A stretch of DNA of 64,000 bases from Nanobdellota archaeon (GTDB taxonomy: Archaea > Nanobdellota > Nanobdellia > Pacearchaeales > GW2011-AR1), in NCBI GenBank assembly GCA_030698805.1, contig JAUYMA010000008.1, forward strand, positions 22,266-86,265, in the 5' to 3' direction. The notes under the pieces are model-generated. The model did no database searches. It saw only the letters and a list, made by a program, of their open reading frames with translations, and was not told where the DNA came from. The translations under genes and the position numbers were made by a program. How positions within the stretch are numbered: the stretch's first letter is position 1; every line of letters starts with the position of its first letter. Positions 36,263 to 47,322 of this stretch are shown piece by piece.

Positions 36263-37497
36263 TGCAAAAATTGAGGGAAATAAGAAAAGATGAATTAGTC
36301 AACGGTAGTATTATTTTATTTATTATGATAGTTTTGTTTAATTTTCTTAACTATGGCTTTCATATCTCCATGGCTAAACTTATGGGGCCTGCTAACTTTG
36401 GAATTTTGGCAGCTTTAATGTCTATAGCTTATATTCTAAATATCCCTGGAGAAGCCATACAAACTATAGTTTCGAGATATACTAGTAGATTGAATGCTAA
36501 GAATGAACCTGGGAAGATAAAGGATTTCTTTTATAAAAGTATGAAAAAAGGCCTTCTTTTCTCCTTAATTGCATTTATGCTTTTAATTCCAATTTCTTTC
36601 TTTGCCTCTAAGACTCTGAAAATAGAAGTGGGATTGATACTCTTAACCAGCCTCCTAATTGTTGAAATATTTCTTGTCCCAATTGGAAGAGGCGTGTTGC
36701 AAGGAAGGAAAAAATTCTTTTCTATGGGTTTGAGCCTGGTAGGCGAAGCTTTTGTTAAAGTCTTATTTGCCATATTGTTTGTGTATATTGGGTGGGGAGT
36801 TTACGGGGCCATGGGAGGAGTATGGGCTGGGGGAATAATTGCATTCTTATTTGTAATATTAGTATTGAAAGATTTGATTAAATCTCCTCGAGAAATTGCT
36901 AAGTTTACAAATATCTATAAAACCAATGTACCCGTGCTCATAGCCATTACCTCTATAGTTCTTATGTATAGTTTAGACATTCTCTTTGCTCGGTCATTTT
37001 TTGCTCCTGAAATTGCTGGAAAATATGCTTTTGTCTCGATGATAGGTAAAGTCATAATTTTCGTCAGTTTCTCGATAGGAAAAGCGATGCTCCCAATTTC
37101 TTCTGAAGATTTTGATAGGGGAATGGAAACACGTAAGCTTTTCAAGAAATCTCTAATATTAGTCTCTGGTATATCCGGAGCGATTCTGTTGATGTATGCT
37201 TTACTGCCTAAAACAATAATCTTTCTTGTATCTCTAGGATCTACGCAATACTTGGAGGGCGCCAATCTCTTATTTCTCTTAGGATTATCTTACACCTTAT
37301 TAGCAATATCTAATATCATAGTGTTGTATCAGGTTTCTATAAACAAAGTAAGCAGGAGTTTCTACCTGTTATTCTTCGTGGTATTGCAAATTGTAGTATG
37401 GATGATGTACCATTCTACCCTGTTGGAATTTGTCTATGGATTCCTATTCGTCAATTTAATTATGTTTTTATACTCTCTTTTTCTTATTAGAAGATGA
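36259..37497 (+). CDS. polysaccharide/oligosaccharide flippase (MOP/Wzx-like)
   Basis: 12-14 TM, Wzx-like length and topology; ATGA overlap. Confidence 0.6.
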   Translation: MMQKLREIRKDELVNGSIILFIMIVLFNFLNYGFHISMAKLMGPANFGILAALMSIAYILNIPGEAIQTIVSRYTSRLNAKNEPGKIKDFFYKSMKKGLLFSLIAFMLLIPISFFASKTLKIEVGLILLTSLLIVEIFLVPIGRGVLQGRKKFFSMGLSLVGEAFVKVLFAILFVYIGWGVYGAMGGVWAGGIIAFLFVILVLKDLIKSPREIAKFTNIYKTNVPVLIAITSIVLMYSLDILFARSFFAPEIAGKYAFVSMIGKVIIFVSFSIGKAMLPISSEDFDRGMETRKLFKKSLILVSGISGAILLMYALLPKTIIFLVSLGSTQYLEGANLLFLLGLSYTLLAISNIIVLYQVSINKVSRSFYLLFFVVLQIVVWMMYHSTLLEFVYGFLFVNLIMFLYSLFLIRR

Positions 37498-38285
37498 AAG
37501 TAGGAATTATTATGCCTGCTTATAATGAAGAAAGAAGAATAGGATCTACATTAAGTGCTTATTCTAAATTTTTAAATTCTAAGCTAAAAAAAAATAAATT
37601 TGATTATACAATAATAGTAGTAATTAATGGCACTACGGATGGGACTAAAAAGATAGTGCAATCTGCAAGGAAGAAAAATAAGAGAGTAGATTATATAGAT
37701 CTTGTAAAAGGAGGCAAAGGTTACGCCATAATTGAGGGATTTAAAATAGCTCTTAACAAAAAATATGATTTAATTGGTTTTGTTGACGCGGATATGGCTA
37801 CTCCTCCAGAGGCTTTTTATAGCTTAGTAGAGAATATCGGAGATTCTGGAGGGATAATTGCAAGCAGGTATATCAAGGGATCTATTGTCAATCCTAAACA
37901 AATTCCAGCTAGAATACTGGCATCCAGGATTTTCAACTTTATTGTAAGATCTTTGTTTTTTATGCCTTATAGGGACACTCAATGCGGTGCAAAAATAGTC
38001 AGGAAGGAAGCTTTGACCGAGATAATAAATGACTTGGGAGACACTCAATGGTCATTTGACATAGATTTATTATTTAGGCTGAAGAAAAATAAAATATTTG
38101 TCAAAGAATGGCCCACTGTTTGGAAAGACCAAAAAGACAGCAAACTTAACTTGAAAAAAGTTTCTGTGCAGATGTTTTTTTCCATCCTGCAACTGAGAAT
38201 AATGAATTCTCCTTTCAGGAGATTCTTAAAGGTAACAAAGCCTATTGCAAGACGATTATGGAGACTTTTGCGCAGTAAGAAATAA
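37494..38285 (+). CDS. GT2 glycosyltransferase (dolichyl-phosphate sugar synthase-like)
   Basis: IIMPAYNEERRI, VDADM (DXD), GT-A fold. Confidence 0.7.
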   Translation: MKVGIIMPAYNEERRIGSTLSAYSKFLNSKLKKNKFDYTIIVVINGTTDGTKKIVQSARKKNKRVDYIDLVKGGKGYAIIEGFKIALNKKYDLIGFVDADMATPPEAFYSLVENIGDSGGIIASRYIKGSIVNPKQIPARILASRIFNFIVRSLFFMPYRDTQCGAKIVRKEALTEIINDLGDTQWSFDIDLLFRLKKNKIFVKEWPTVWKDQKDSKLNLKKVSVQMFFSILQLRIMNSPFRRFLKVTKPIARRLWRLLRSKK

Positions 38286-38327
38286 GTTTATAAAGTAATC
38301 CCGATTTAGCTTTTTAGCCTATTTATA

Positions 38328-40223
38328 ATGATAAAAAAAGAAAAATTAATGGATGATTTTCTAGAAATATTCTTCTCAAACAACAAAACCAAACTTTATG
38401 TTATATTAATGGTTGTTGCCGGATTCATATTGAGATTGATGGCTGCTAACAATTTAAGCATGGCTGCAGATGACGCCAATCATGCAGTACGGCCTGTGGG
38501 AATAAGTAAAACCGGATTAATGGTGATATGGGACCAGTCCTCTTCGGCTTGGTACTATATTCAAGAAGTTTTCTATAACATAATCGGAGCTTCCAACTTC
38601 GGATCCAGGTTTGCAACTGCCCTATTCGGATCATTGCTTATTTTCCTGATGTTTCTTTTTGTAAGGAAGATATTCAAATCTGAAAAAGCTGGTTTAATTG
38701 CTGCGCTTCTAACTGCTTTCTCGCCATTTTTAATTAAGATGACTTTGCCTGAGATGGACATAACTGTAATGTTTTTTGTCATTCTTTCTGGACTTTTCCT
38801 TTATAGATATATTGAAAATTTTGAGAAGAAGGAACTGATCATCTCAGGCATATTAATGGGTATTGGTATATTGATCAAAGTCTATGCGCTCTTCTTTGCT
38901 TTTTCATACTTTTTATTTTTAATTTATATTTTTTACAAAGGCAAGAAAGGAAATAGCTTTTCAATAAAGCAGATTATTTTGTATGGCCTTATAATTTTTA
39001 TATTCTGTGTTCCCACTTTGGCTTATAATTACTTGCTTTACAAAGATCAAGGCCATATGGATTTAATTTTTTCAAATTTCTTTAGAGTTAATGTGGATAA
39101 AGCGCGTGAATTATATGGCTGGGGGGCAGGATGGTCTGAACCTGGTCAGAAATATACTGACATAAAAGGTTTCTTTTTAGGCAGCCAGATGCATTGGACT
39201 CCTTATTATCCAATGATCTCTAAATTACCAGGGATAATAGTTGAATTGATACTTATAATTCGAGAAGATCCCCTAATCATGATCTTTGGCTTACTGGGGC
39301 TGATTTTATGTTTTATCAAAAAAGAAAGAAGATACATTCCCTTCTTTTTGATCACCTTGCTTCCAGCATTTACTTATATAGGGTCTTATATCCCCATGCT
39401 AAAGCATCTTGCTTTTGTGCCTCTCTTGTTTTTGCCTTTTGCGGCCTACTCATTGCTATCTCTTTACGAGGCTATCCGAAAGAAATTGCCCAATATTAGA
39501 ATAAGGCATCTTGCTATCTTAGTTATGGCAGTCAGTCTTTTATGGCTAGGTTCTTCCCAAGAAGGGCTTAAATCACATGTTTATGCAAAAAGTGGAGAAG
39601 GTCAGCTGATAAGTTATAAGATGAGCTCTATAGAAAAAGACGCCCTTGTAGTTGTAGATTCCAGAATTTATAGAGGTTTTACCGCTTGGATGTTCCATGA
39701 CCGAAATTATTTGGAAGCAAACCTGTTCCCTCAGGCCTTAGAGGAGAGCGCAAAATATGGAGAGGCCTCTGCGATAACTGTTTATTTTGTAGAATGTGCC
39801 ATAGATGATTGTGGATGGGGGACTGTGAATAGCCAGCCGGAATTCAACGCCAGCATGGAAGAAATGGTTTCTTGGTTTGCAAATAATTCCAGATTAGTTA
39901 AAGAGATAGAAACTCGAGATAAATACAGCGCCCATATTCCTTTAATAAAAGAGGCCCCGCAAATTCCTGCATACAAAGTTTATAAAACTTATATGGATAT
40001 AAACCCTACAATATTACTTTTAGCGAAATCGACTCATAATTGGTACCTTTATCCTTTAGGATATGATAGAAAAATAGGGCCAATATTCGGAGAATACAAA
40101 GCTAATAATGCGATAGATTCTTTGTTAAATAAATTTGCCCATTTGATATTTTATGGCGGTTTAGTATTGGCATTTGCTACAATAATGTTTTTAATATATC
40201 TATTTATTATTGAGAGAGAATGA
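38328..40223 (+). CDS. GT-C fold membrane glycosyltransferase (ArnT/PMT-like)
   Basis: Multi-TM N-terminal half with Asp-rich first loop (MAADDANHA), large C-terminal soluble domain. Confidence 0.5.
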   Translation: MIKKEKLMDDFLEIFFSNNKTKLYVILMVVAGFILRLMAANNLSMAADDANHAVRPVGISKTGLMVIWDQSSSAWYYIQEVFYNIIGASNFGSRFATALFGSLLIFLMFLFVRKIFKSEKAGLIAALLTAFSPFLIKMTLPEMDITVMFFVILSGLFLYRYIENFEKKELIISGILMGIGILIKVYALFFAFSYFLFLIYIFYKGKKGNSFSIKQIILYGLIIFIFCVPTLAYNYLLYKDQGHMDLIFSNFFRVNVDKARELYGWGAGWSEPGQKYTDIKGFFLGSQMHWTPYYPMISKLPGIIVELILIIREDPLIMIFGLLGLILCFIKKERRYIPFFLITLLPAFTYIGSYIPMLKHLAFVPLLFLPFAAYSLLSLYEAIRKKLPNIRIRHLAILVMAVSLLWLGSSQEGLKSHVYAKSGEGQLISYKMSSIEKDALVVVDSRIYRGFTAWMFHDRNYLEANLFPQALEESAKYGEASAITVYFVECAIDDCGWGTVNSQPEFNASMEEMVSWFANNSRLVKEIETRDKYSAHIPLIKEAPQIPAYKVYKTYMDINPTILLLAKSTHNWYLYPLGYDRKIGPIFGEYKANNAIDSLLNKFAHLIFYGGLVLAFATIMFLIYLFIIERE

Positions 40224-40903
40224 AGTTATCTATAATTATTCCTGTTTATAATGAAGAAAAAACTGTCAGAATTATCATACAAAAAGTAAAAGATCTTAAA
40301 ATTCCCATTAAGAAAGAGATAATAGTTGTAGATGATGGATCAAAAGATAAAAGCTGGCAGGAGATACAGAGTATTATTGGAATAAAGAAGATAAAACATC
40401 CGAAAAATATGGGCAAAGGCGCAGCTGTAAAGAGTGCTATTAAAGAATCAACCGGGGACATAATCATAATTCAGGATGCTGATCTAGAATTAGATCCTAT
40501 CCAAATCCCTGATTTAATAAATCCTATTTTAGAGGGTAAATCTGAAGTGGTCTATGGATCGAGAAATGCCTATAGAAAAGATAAGGGCAGAAGTTTGCTT
40601 TTTTATTTGGGAGGGCATTTTATCACGTTTATAACTAACATATTGTTTGGAACAAGGTTAACAGATGAGCCCTGCGGATACAAAGCATTTAGAAGCAATA
40701 TTATTAAAAATATTAAAATTAATAACAACCGATTTGAGTGGGAGCCAGAGGTAACTGCTAAAATAGCTAGAAAAGGCATAAAAATTGAAGAAGTACCTGT
40801 TAAGGTACAGTCTAGGAGCATCAAAGAGGGAAAGAAACTTAGGAGAATAGATGGCATAAAGGCTCTTCTTACTTTAATTAAATATAGATTTACAAATCAA
40901 TGA
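40220..40903 (+). CDS. GT2 glycosyltransferase (Dpm1-like)
   Basis: IIIPVYNEEKTV, VVDDGSKD, QDADLE (DXD). Confidence 0.75.
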   Translation: MKLSIIIPVYNEEKTVRIIIQKVKDLKIPIKKEIIVVDDGSKDKSWQEIQSIIGIKKIKHPKNMGKGAAVKSAIKESTGDIIIIQDADLELDPIQIPDLINPILEGKSEVVYGSRNAYRKDKGRSLLFYLGGHFITFITNILFGTRLTDEPCGYKAFRSNIIKNIKINNNRFEWEPEVTAKIARKGIKIEEVPVKVQSRSIKEGKKLRRIDGIKALLTLIKYRFTNQ

Positions 40904-42006
40904 AAATACTGATATTTAGCTGGAGAGATATAAAGCACCCTGAAGCGGGAGGCTCAGAGCTATATTTCCACGAGATGGCCAAGAGATGGGCAAAGAAAGG
41001 GCATAAAGTAGATTGGATAGTGGGAGGATGGGATAAATGCCTAAAGAATGAGGAGATAGATTCTATGCGCATCACTCGAGTCGGTAATGAATTTACACTA
41101 TATCTTCTTGCACCTTTAGAATATCTAAAATTAAAAGATAAGCCTGAAGTTATCCTAGACGTATCAAATGGAATACCCTTCTTCACTCCCTTATTTTCTA
41201 AAAAAAAGAAATTTCTGCATATGCATCACTCTCATAGAGAAGTTTGGTTTAAAGAAGTCTATCCAAAGGGTGGCAAGTATAAGATTGTTGCTCTAATTTG
41301 CTGGTTTCTAGAGAACAAATTGGCCCCCCTAATTTATAGAGATGTGCCCTCCATTACTATATCTCAAAGCTCTGCTGAAGAAATTATCAAAGATAAATTG
41401 ATATTTGACAAGCCTGAAATTGTTAATCCTGGAATAAATTTCCCAAAATACAAGAAGTTCTCTAAAAATAAAAAGCCTGCAATATTATTCTTAAATAGAG
41501 TCAAAAAATACAAAGGATTAGATGTTTTGCTCAAAGCAGTTTCGGAATTGAAATCACAAGGAAAAGACAAATTTGAGACTTGGGTTGCAGGTGATGGAGA
41601 CTTCTTGCCTGAGATGAAAGAGTATGTTAAAAGAGAAAAACTTGAAAATATAAAGTTTTTTGGCAGAGTTAGCGAAGAAAAGAAAAGAGAGTTAATGCAA
41701 AAATCTTGGATATTTGTCAACCCCAGCTTTAAAGAGGGATGGGGGATAGTGAATATAGAAGCAAATTACTTCGGCACTCCGGTATTGGGGAGCAACGTGG
41801 GAGGGATAAAGGATTCAGTAGTAGATGGTAAAACTGGATTACTATTTGGATATGGCAATTCTAAGGAACTGGCTGAGAAAATAGATTATTTGATTAATAA
41901 CAGGAAGACTTTAAGTAAGATGTCTAGATATTCCAGATCTTATTCTAAGAAGTTCGCATGGTCTGAGAAAGCAGAAGAATACTTAAAGGTCTTAAGAAAG
42001 AGCTGA
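40900..42006 (+). CDS. GT4 glycosyltransferase (glycosyl transferase group 1)
   Basis: GT-B fold; C-terminal EGWGIVNIEANYFGTPVLGSNVGGIKD (E-x7-E motif). Confidence 0.75.
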   Translation: MKILIFSWRDIKHPEAGGSELYFHEMAKRWAKKGHKVDWIVGGWDKCLKNEEIDSMRITRVGNEFTLYLLAPLEYLKLKDKPEVILDVSNGIPFFTPLFSKKKKFLHMHHSHREVWFKEVYPKGGKYKIVALICWFLENKLAPLIYRDVPSITISQSSAEEIIKDKLIFDKPEIVNPGINFPKYKKFSKNKKPAILFLNRVKKYKGLDVLLKAVSELKSQGKDKFETWVAGDGDFLPEMKEYVKREKLENIKFFGRVSEEKKRELMQKSWIFVNPSFKEGWGIVNIEANYFGTPVLGSNVGGIKDSVVDGKTGLLFGYGNSKELAEKIDYLINNRKTLSKMSRYSRSYSKKFAWSEKAEEYLKVLRKS

Positions 42007-43026
42007 ACTTAATTTTTTTATATCTGATTCCACCATCAACTTTACAAGATCCTCAAATGAAGTAGTCGGCTTCCATCCCAATACCTTTTTAGCCTTTGAA
42101 GAATCTCCCAAAAGCTCATTTACTTCTGCAGGCCTAAAGTGTGCAGGATTGATGCAAACTATAAGGTTGCCTTCCTGATCATATCCTTTTTCATCTACGC
42201 CTTCTCCTTTCCAATTTACTTTTATCCCTGCTGCAAGGGCTGCAAACTCTACAAATTCCCTTACTGAATGATTTTCTCCAGTTGCGATTACATAATCCTC
42301 TGGAGTTGAATGCTGCAACATTAGCCACATTGCTTCAACATAGTCTCCCGCATACCCCCAATCCCGTCTCGCATTGAGATTTCCTAGTTCAAGGTACTTC
42401 TTTCCAGTCTCTCTTTGAGGCAATCCTAATTTTATTCTTGCAATTCCATCTGTAAATTTTCTTGTAACAAACTCAAGTCCTCTCCTGGGAGATTCGTGGT
42501 TAAACAATATCCCTCCGCATGCAAATAGTCCTTTTTGTCTTTCTCTTTTTACTGCTTCATGCGCTTTTACTTTTGCGTATGCATATGGGCTGACTGGATT
42601 AAATGGAGTTTCCTCATTTTGAGGAGACATTAAAACAGCTCCAAACATCTCGCTGGTTGAAGCCTGATAGAGCTTGGCCTTAGGAACATGATTTTTGATA
42701 GAGTCTAAAAGTCTTTCTACCCCTATCCAGTTTATTTCTTTTGTTAAATATGGTTGATCAAATGAGACTCTGACCTGTGATTGTGCCGCCAGGTTATAGA
42801 TTTCGTCAGGTTTTATAGAAGCTATAGCCTTATCTAAAGAAAAAGCATCTGTTAAATCTGCGCATACTAACTTCATTCTTCCAATTATGTGTTGGATATT
42901 ATTAAACTGATAATCTCCGCTTGACCTTCTATATAACCCATACACTTCATAACCTTTGGACAATAGAAATTCAGCCATATAACTTCCGTCTTGACCTGTG
43001 ATCCCAGTGATAAGCGCTTTAGGCAT
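41992..43026 (-). CDS. gmd: GDP-mannose 4,6-dehydratase
   Basis: ALITGITGQDGSYMAEFLLSKGYEVYG; YAYAKV (Y-x3-K); NHESPRRG. Confidence 0.9.
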   Translation of the reverse strand: MPKALITGITGQDGSYMAEFLLSKGYEVYGLYRRSSGDYQFNNIQHIIGRMKLVCADLTDAFSLDKAIASIKPDEIYNLAAQSQVRVSFDQPYLTKEINWIGVERLLDSIKNHVPKAKLYQASTSEMFGAVLMSPQNEETPFNPVSPYAYAKVKAHEAVKRERQKGLFACGGILFNHESPRRGLEFVTRKFTDGIARIKLGLPQRETGKKYLELGNLNARRDWGYAGDYVEAMWLMLQHSTPEDYVIATGENHSVREFVEFAALAAGIKVNWKGEGVDEKGYDQEGNLIVCINPAHFRPAEVNELLGDSSKAKKVLGWKPTTSFEDLVKLMVESDIKKLSSALS

Positions 43027-43134
43027 ACTCTATTCATTTTAATATATATTATAAACTTTTATATATTAAATTTTATAATAATCCAATCTCCCTGATCTGA
43101 CAAAGCTTTTAAACATAAATAAACAAAATTAATC
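43027..43134. promoter_or_regulatory. divergent AT-rich promoter region (gmd leftward, 43135 gene rightward)
   Basis: Multiple TATA-like elements (ttttatatatt, tttataata) in a 108-bp intergenic region between divergent genes. Confidence 0.3.
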
Positions 43135-43857
43135 ATGGAAAGAAGTTTATACAATTCTCGGATTGGGAGAGTAGTAGTTTTTGTTAAGAGGTTTGGAATA
43201 ACTCAAGTTTTCATGAAACCCTTAAGGATGGTCTTTGCCCCTTTAATAATTAAATTAAAGACTAGAAGAAATTTTAATTTTAATGGAAAAGTGTGGCCTT
43301 ATTTTTACCATAGTTATAACACCACTTGGATTAATGAAAGGCAGATTGAAATACCTATAATTATTTCTTACCTAAAGCAAACTAAGGGAAAAGTTCTAGA
43401 GATTGGAAGAGTAATGCCTCACTACTTCAACACTCAATGGGATGTTCTTGATAAATTTGAGAAGGGGAAGAATGTTATCAATGAAGATATTGCTTCATTC
43501 TCTCCAAAGGAGAAATACGACTTTATATTCTCAATTTCTACTTTTGAACATATAGGATTTGATGATGGATCAAAGATGCCTTCAGGAGAAAAGATAATTG
43601 ATTCCTATAAAAGTGTCTGCCAGAAATGCTTAAACAAAAAAGGGGCTATGATAATGACTATCCCCATTGGATATAATCCTCATATGGATAAACTAATCGC
43701 TCAAAATAAGTTTAATTTCAATAAAGAGACTTGCCTAAAAAGGATAAAAAAAGACTCTTGGATTGAAGTCTCTAAGGAAGAAGCGTTGAAAACGAGATAT
43801 GGGAAGCCTTTTCCCTATGCAAATGCCCTTTTTGTTGGGGAATACCGAAAAAAATAG
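43135..43857 (+). CDS. hypothetical protein, possible SAM-dependent methyltransferase
   Basis: VLEIGRV (motif I-like), DFIFSISTFEHI; weak. Confidence 0.35.
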   Translation: MERSLYNSRIGRVVVFVKRFGITQVFMKPLRMVFAPLIIKLKTRRNFNFNGKVWPYFYHSYNTTWINERQIEIPIIISYLKQTKGKVLEIGRVMPHYFNTQWDVLDKFEKGKNVINEDIASFSPKEKYDFIFSISTFEHIGFDDGSKMPSGEKIIDSYKSVCQKCLNKKGAMIMTIPIGYNPHMDKLIAQNKFNFNKETCLKRIKKDSWIEVSKEEALKTRYGKPFPYANALFVGEYRKK

Positions 43858-43859
43858 AA

Positions 43860-45356
43860 TTATTTAGTTTTTAATATTATAACTGCTGGCTCTTTATTGG
43901 CCGCGTCAAAAAAAGAGGCATAAACCACACTCATATTCTGACCCTTTTCGCTATTCAAATAACTAGCAAATTCTTCCGATTGTCTAGAGAATCTATGGAA
44001 AACTAGATAATCTATAGAATCATTTACCATCAAGTAAGATGAATTGCTTATTGGCACCTTATCCGCATGATATAATGAATAAGGATATATTCCTTCCCCG
44101 TAAATTGTTGCTTCTTCCATAGTGTTTTCCTTAACCCACTTAAACGCATCATTAAGATAATTATCACTATTCATCCTATATTTTATCATAGTATCCCCGA
44201 ACTTAATTTGCTGGTAAGCCCCCATGGCTAGAATTAAGATTACGACCACCATAGCTAATTTTATATGATACTTCTTTAATAATAAGTAAGCCTTATTTAT
44301 CCCTATAGAGGTCATTAGGACTAAGGACAAAATAGTCTCAAAAAAATACCTATCTTCTGAATATTTTATTATAAAAATAAGATAGAAAACGTTCAATAGC
44401 AGTACTAAAATTAGAAATAGGTTATATTGCAGCTCTTTCTTTCTTTTAATCAAGTCTGCTCCAATTATTGTTTCCCATAGCAAATAACCTAAACCTATAA
44501 TGAAGAATATGGTGAAAACTCCTTTAAGAATATGCGGGATAAAATCCAAAGTATACCATGCTGGCCCTGGCTTATCCTGCCCGCTTTCTGCATAAATTCC
44601 TGCGGCTGGGAATAATTGGCCGTGCAAGTTTAAATTATAGAACATAAGTAATAAGATTGGGAGAATGCCGATTATTCCTCCGACCCAAAATGCCTTACTT
44701 TTGAAAAATGAGAGCCTATAGTTTATTAAAAGCAGGATTAAATAAACTGGAGCGATTATAAAGAAATTATATCTTATTAAAATCGCCAGAGATAGGAAAA
44801 ATATGGCTAATCCAAAATTCTTAACCGTGAGATCATGATCATCTTTAAAGAAATAGTAAAAGCTTAGTAAAGCAAACAATATTGAGGGTATACTTGTTAA
44901 CATTCTCAAGGTGTAGAAGATATGGATCCAGGATAAGCACATTATAAATGAAGCGACTAAAGCTACTTTCTCCCCATACATCTTTTTACCGACTAAATAA
45001 ACAAAGACAACGGCTAATACGGATGGGACGAACTCAAGCAAGAACCTAACTGCAATGTAGTCTATGTTGAACCTCATTAAGATAGACCAAACAAAAGAGA
45101 AAAATAAGGGTCGAATAGACTGCTCGAATTGCAAGATATCATTCCAAGAATTATGAATCATATTCTTGGCAAGAGCTCCAAATACCAGCTCGTCCCACCA
45201 AAGAGGCTGATTTTTTGTTAGATTGAAATAATAAAGACGGATTATGAAAGAAACTATTAGAATTCCGATAAAAGAAAGATTATAGCGATTACTCAGCCAA
45301 CCTCTTACTTTATTCTTTCTTTCCTCAATCCTCTTTTTCGTTGACTGATCTGCCAT
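43860..45356 (-). CDS. GT-C fold membrane glycosyltransferase (PMT/ArnT-like)
   Basis: More than 10 TM; first-loop LWWDELVFG (DE motif of the PMT/GT39-GT83 families). Confidence 0.5.
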   Translation of the reverse strand: MADQSTKKRIEERKNKVRGWLSNRYNLSFIGILIVSFIIRLYYFNLTKNQPLWWDELVFGALAKNMIHNSWNDILQFEQSIRPLFFSFVWSILMRFNIDYIAVRFLLEFVPSVLAVVFVYLVGKKMYGEKVALVASFIMCLSWIHIFYTLRMLTSIPSILFALLSFYYFFKDDHDLTVKNFGLAIFFLSLAILIRYNFFIIAPVYLILLLINYRLSFFKSKAFWVGGIIGILPILLLMFYNLNLHGQLFPAAGIYAESGQDKPGPAWYTLDFIPHILKGVFTIFFIIGLGYLLWETIIGADLIKRKKELQYNLFLILVLLLNVFYLIFIIKYSEDRYFFETILSLVLMTSIGINKAYLLLKKYHIKLAMVVVILILAMGAYQQIKFGDTMIKYRMNSDNYLNDAFKWVKENTMEEATIYGEGIYPYSLYHADKVPISNSSYLMVNDSIDYLVFHRFSRQSEEFASYLNSEKGQNMSVVYASFFDAANKEPAVIILKTK

Positions 45357-45390
45357 GAATTGTAAGGGTTTGGCGGCTTTTTATTTGTTT

Positions 45391-46263
45391 TTATTTTGTG
45401 CTTTCCACTCTTTGCCAAGCCTTTTTGAAATCTCTTTTCCAGAGTCGATAATCAAAAAATACCCTAAACCAGATATAGGCCCTCATGATGATTAAAAACT
45501 TAAACCATAATACTTCCTTGAAAGAACGTATTTTAGTTAATGTTTTTATCCCAGACATTACTTCTCCCCCTAATGAACGAGTTTTTGAAACTTTAAAGTA
45601 CTTATTAAGCTGATAAAATTTGGCAGTTGTTCTTTTCTTTTGTTTAATCCAATCCCTTAAATTAACCGGATATTTTACATATACCTGTGCTAGAGGTTGA
45701 TAGACTGTCCTATATCCTTTATGATTAATTAATCTGGAAATATATGCATCGTCCGCCAATATATCTGCTGGAATTCTAATTAATAGCTTTTTTCTAACTG
45801 CATAACAATAGCCAGAGCAATCAATATCTTTCCCAGTCTTGGATTGCTTTAACCTTAACCTATGAAAACCTTGTGTAGATAAATATGCCCAGTACCCAAA
45901 CATTTTATTTCTAGGATTTGTTGAAACTACCCTAGCAGAAACTCCCCCTATTCTCTCATCCTCCAATGCATTTCTAAATTCTCTTAAGATATTGTTTGAA
46001 ACATATACATCTCCATCGGTTAAAACTAATATCTCTCCTTTGGCTTTGCTAATTGCCAAATTCAATGCAGAAGGTTTCCCCTTGCCCTCATCTTGGAGGA
46101 TTTTGACTTGATCATACCTTGCAGCTGCATGCAATGTCTCTTTATCGGGAGCTATCACAATGATCTCAACTTCTTCTTCAATCCCTGCTTGATTTAGAAA
46201 TGCTTCTATGGCCCGGCCTACAGTTTTTTCTTCTTTAAAGCTCGTAATTATTATAGAAATCAT
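45391..46263 (-). CDS. GT2 glycosyltransferase (paralog A)
   Basis: ISIIITSFKEEKTV, LTDGDVYV; paralogous to 48144..49049. Confidence 0.7.
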   Translation of the reverse strand: MISIIITSFKEEKTVGRAIEAFLNQAGIEEEVEIIVIAPDKETLHAAARYDQVKILQDEGKGKPSALNLAISKAKGEILVLTDGDVYVSNNILREFRNALEDERIGGVSARVVSTNPRNKMFGYWAYLSTQGFHRLRLKQSKTGKDIDCSGYCYAVRKKLLIRIPADILADDAYISRLINHKGYRTVYQPLAQVYVKYPVNLRDWIKQKKRTTAKFYQLNKYFKVSKTRSLGGEVMSGIKTLTKIRSFKEVLWFKFLIIMRAYIWFRVFFDYRLWKRDFKKAWQRVESTK

Positions 46264-46270
46264 TTTTCAT

Positions 46271-47272
46271 TTATTCATCGCCCTCAGATATTTCTTCAAT
46301 TATGTCTATTATTTGTTCTGCTGTTATGCTTTTTGTCAATTCTTCGTCATATTGATCGCTTCTTTCAGGGAAAAATTCTGGGAGCCTATGAGAAACTACT
46401 TTCCTTAATACCCCATAATCTTCTATTTCATGAGGACTTGTAACAAAGAATAATCCTATTGAAGGTTTTTTGAGGGCTAGAGCGATATGTAATGCAAAGC
46501 TATCCGAACATACTATCACATCACAAAGATCAACTAAAGAGGCGAATTCTTTTACTGAATTCAGAGGATTATTCCGATATACATCTACCCCTTCTTCGGA
46601 TAATTCCTTTACTAGTTGTTCGTGCTTGTCAACTTCATTCGGGCCTCCAAAAAGAATAACAGCATGATTGTTCTCATTGACTTTTCTTATGAATTCTTTT
46701 ACTCTGTCAGGATGCCACGATTTTGAAGGCCATCTTGAAGACGCCCCGATATGGATGCCGATAATCTTTTCGTCCTGCAGAAGATTCCTATCAATAAATG
46801 ATTGGCTATATTCTTTTTCCTCTTTGCCAAGAACTATGCCTAAATGCTCTCCTTTATATTCCAAATCTGCTGCTTCAAACATCATTTGCTGATAGGTCTT
46901 TCGGTTATTTTTCTTCAATTCATCATCGAAAAGAGTATTAAGATAATACTCTGCGCCTGGATTGAAAGCTACTGGGAATCCATCTTGAGAATAAAATCCT
47001 TTTTTCTCTCGCGCTTGAATCTCAGATGCTAAAGAAGTTGCTTCCTCTTCTAAATCAAAATTATAAAGAAACTCATAAGTTTCTTGGGGAAGAAACGGTA
47101 GGGTATAAACATTGTCTACATATTTAGACCCCTGAACTAAAGGTTGCGCTTCTTTTTTTGTTATCCAATCTATCTCTGCATCGGGAAATTTGCTTTTTAG
47201 AGCTTTAGCTATTGGCAAGGTTCTTACTACATCTCCAAGCGCTCCGAGCTTTATTATGCATATTTTATTCAT
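46271..47272 (-). CDS. GT9 glycosyltransferase (ADP-heptose:LPS heptosyltransferase-like)
   Basis: KICIIKLGALGDVVRTLPIAKALKSKFPDAEIDWIT N-terminus diagnostic of GT9; C-terminal GPNE...D...SLVDLCDVIVCSDSFALHIALAL. Confidence 0.7.
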   Translation of the reverse strand: MNKICIIKLGALGDVVRTLPIAKALKSKFPDAEIDWITKKEAQPLVQGSKYVDNVYTLPFLPQETYEFLYNFDLEEEATSLASEIQAREKKGFYSQDGFPVAFNPGAEYYLNTLFDDELKKNNRKTYQQMMFEAADLEYKGEHLGIVLGKEEKEYSQSFIDRNLLQDEKIIGIHIGASSRWPSKSWHPDRVKEFIRKVNENNHAVILFGGPNEVDKHEQLVKELSEEGVDVYRNNPLNSVKEFASLVDLCDVIVCSDSFALHIALALKKPSIGLFFVTSPHEIEDYGVLRKVVSHRLPEFFPERSDQYDEELTKSITAEQIIDIIEEISEGDE

Positions 47273-47322
47273 ACTTTGGTCAAGAGGAGAAGATTTTTAA
47301 TCGTTTCCCCCTTTATAAATGG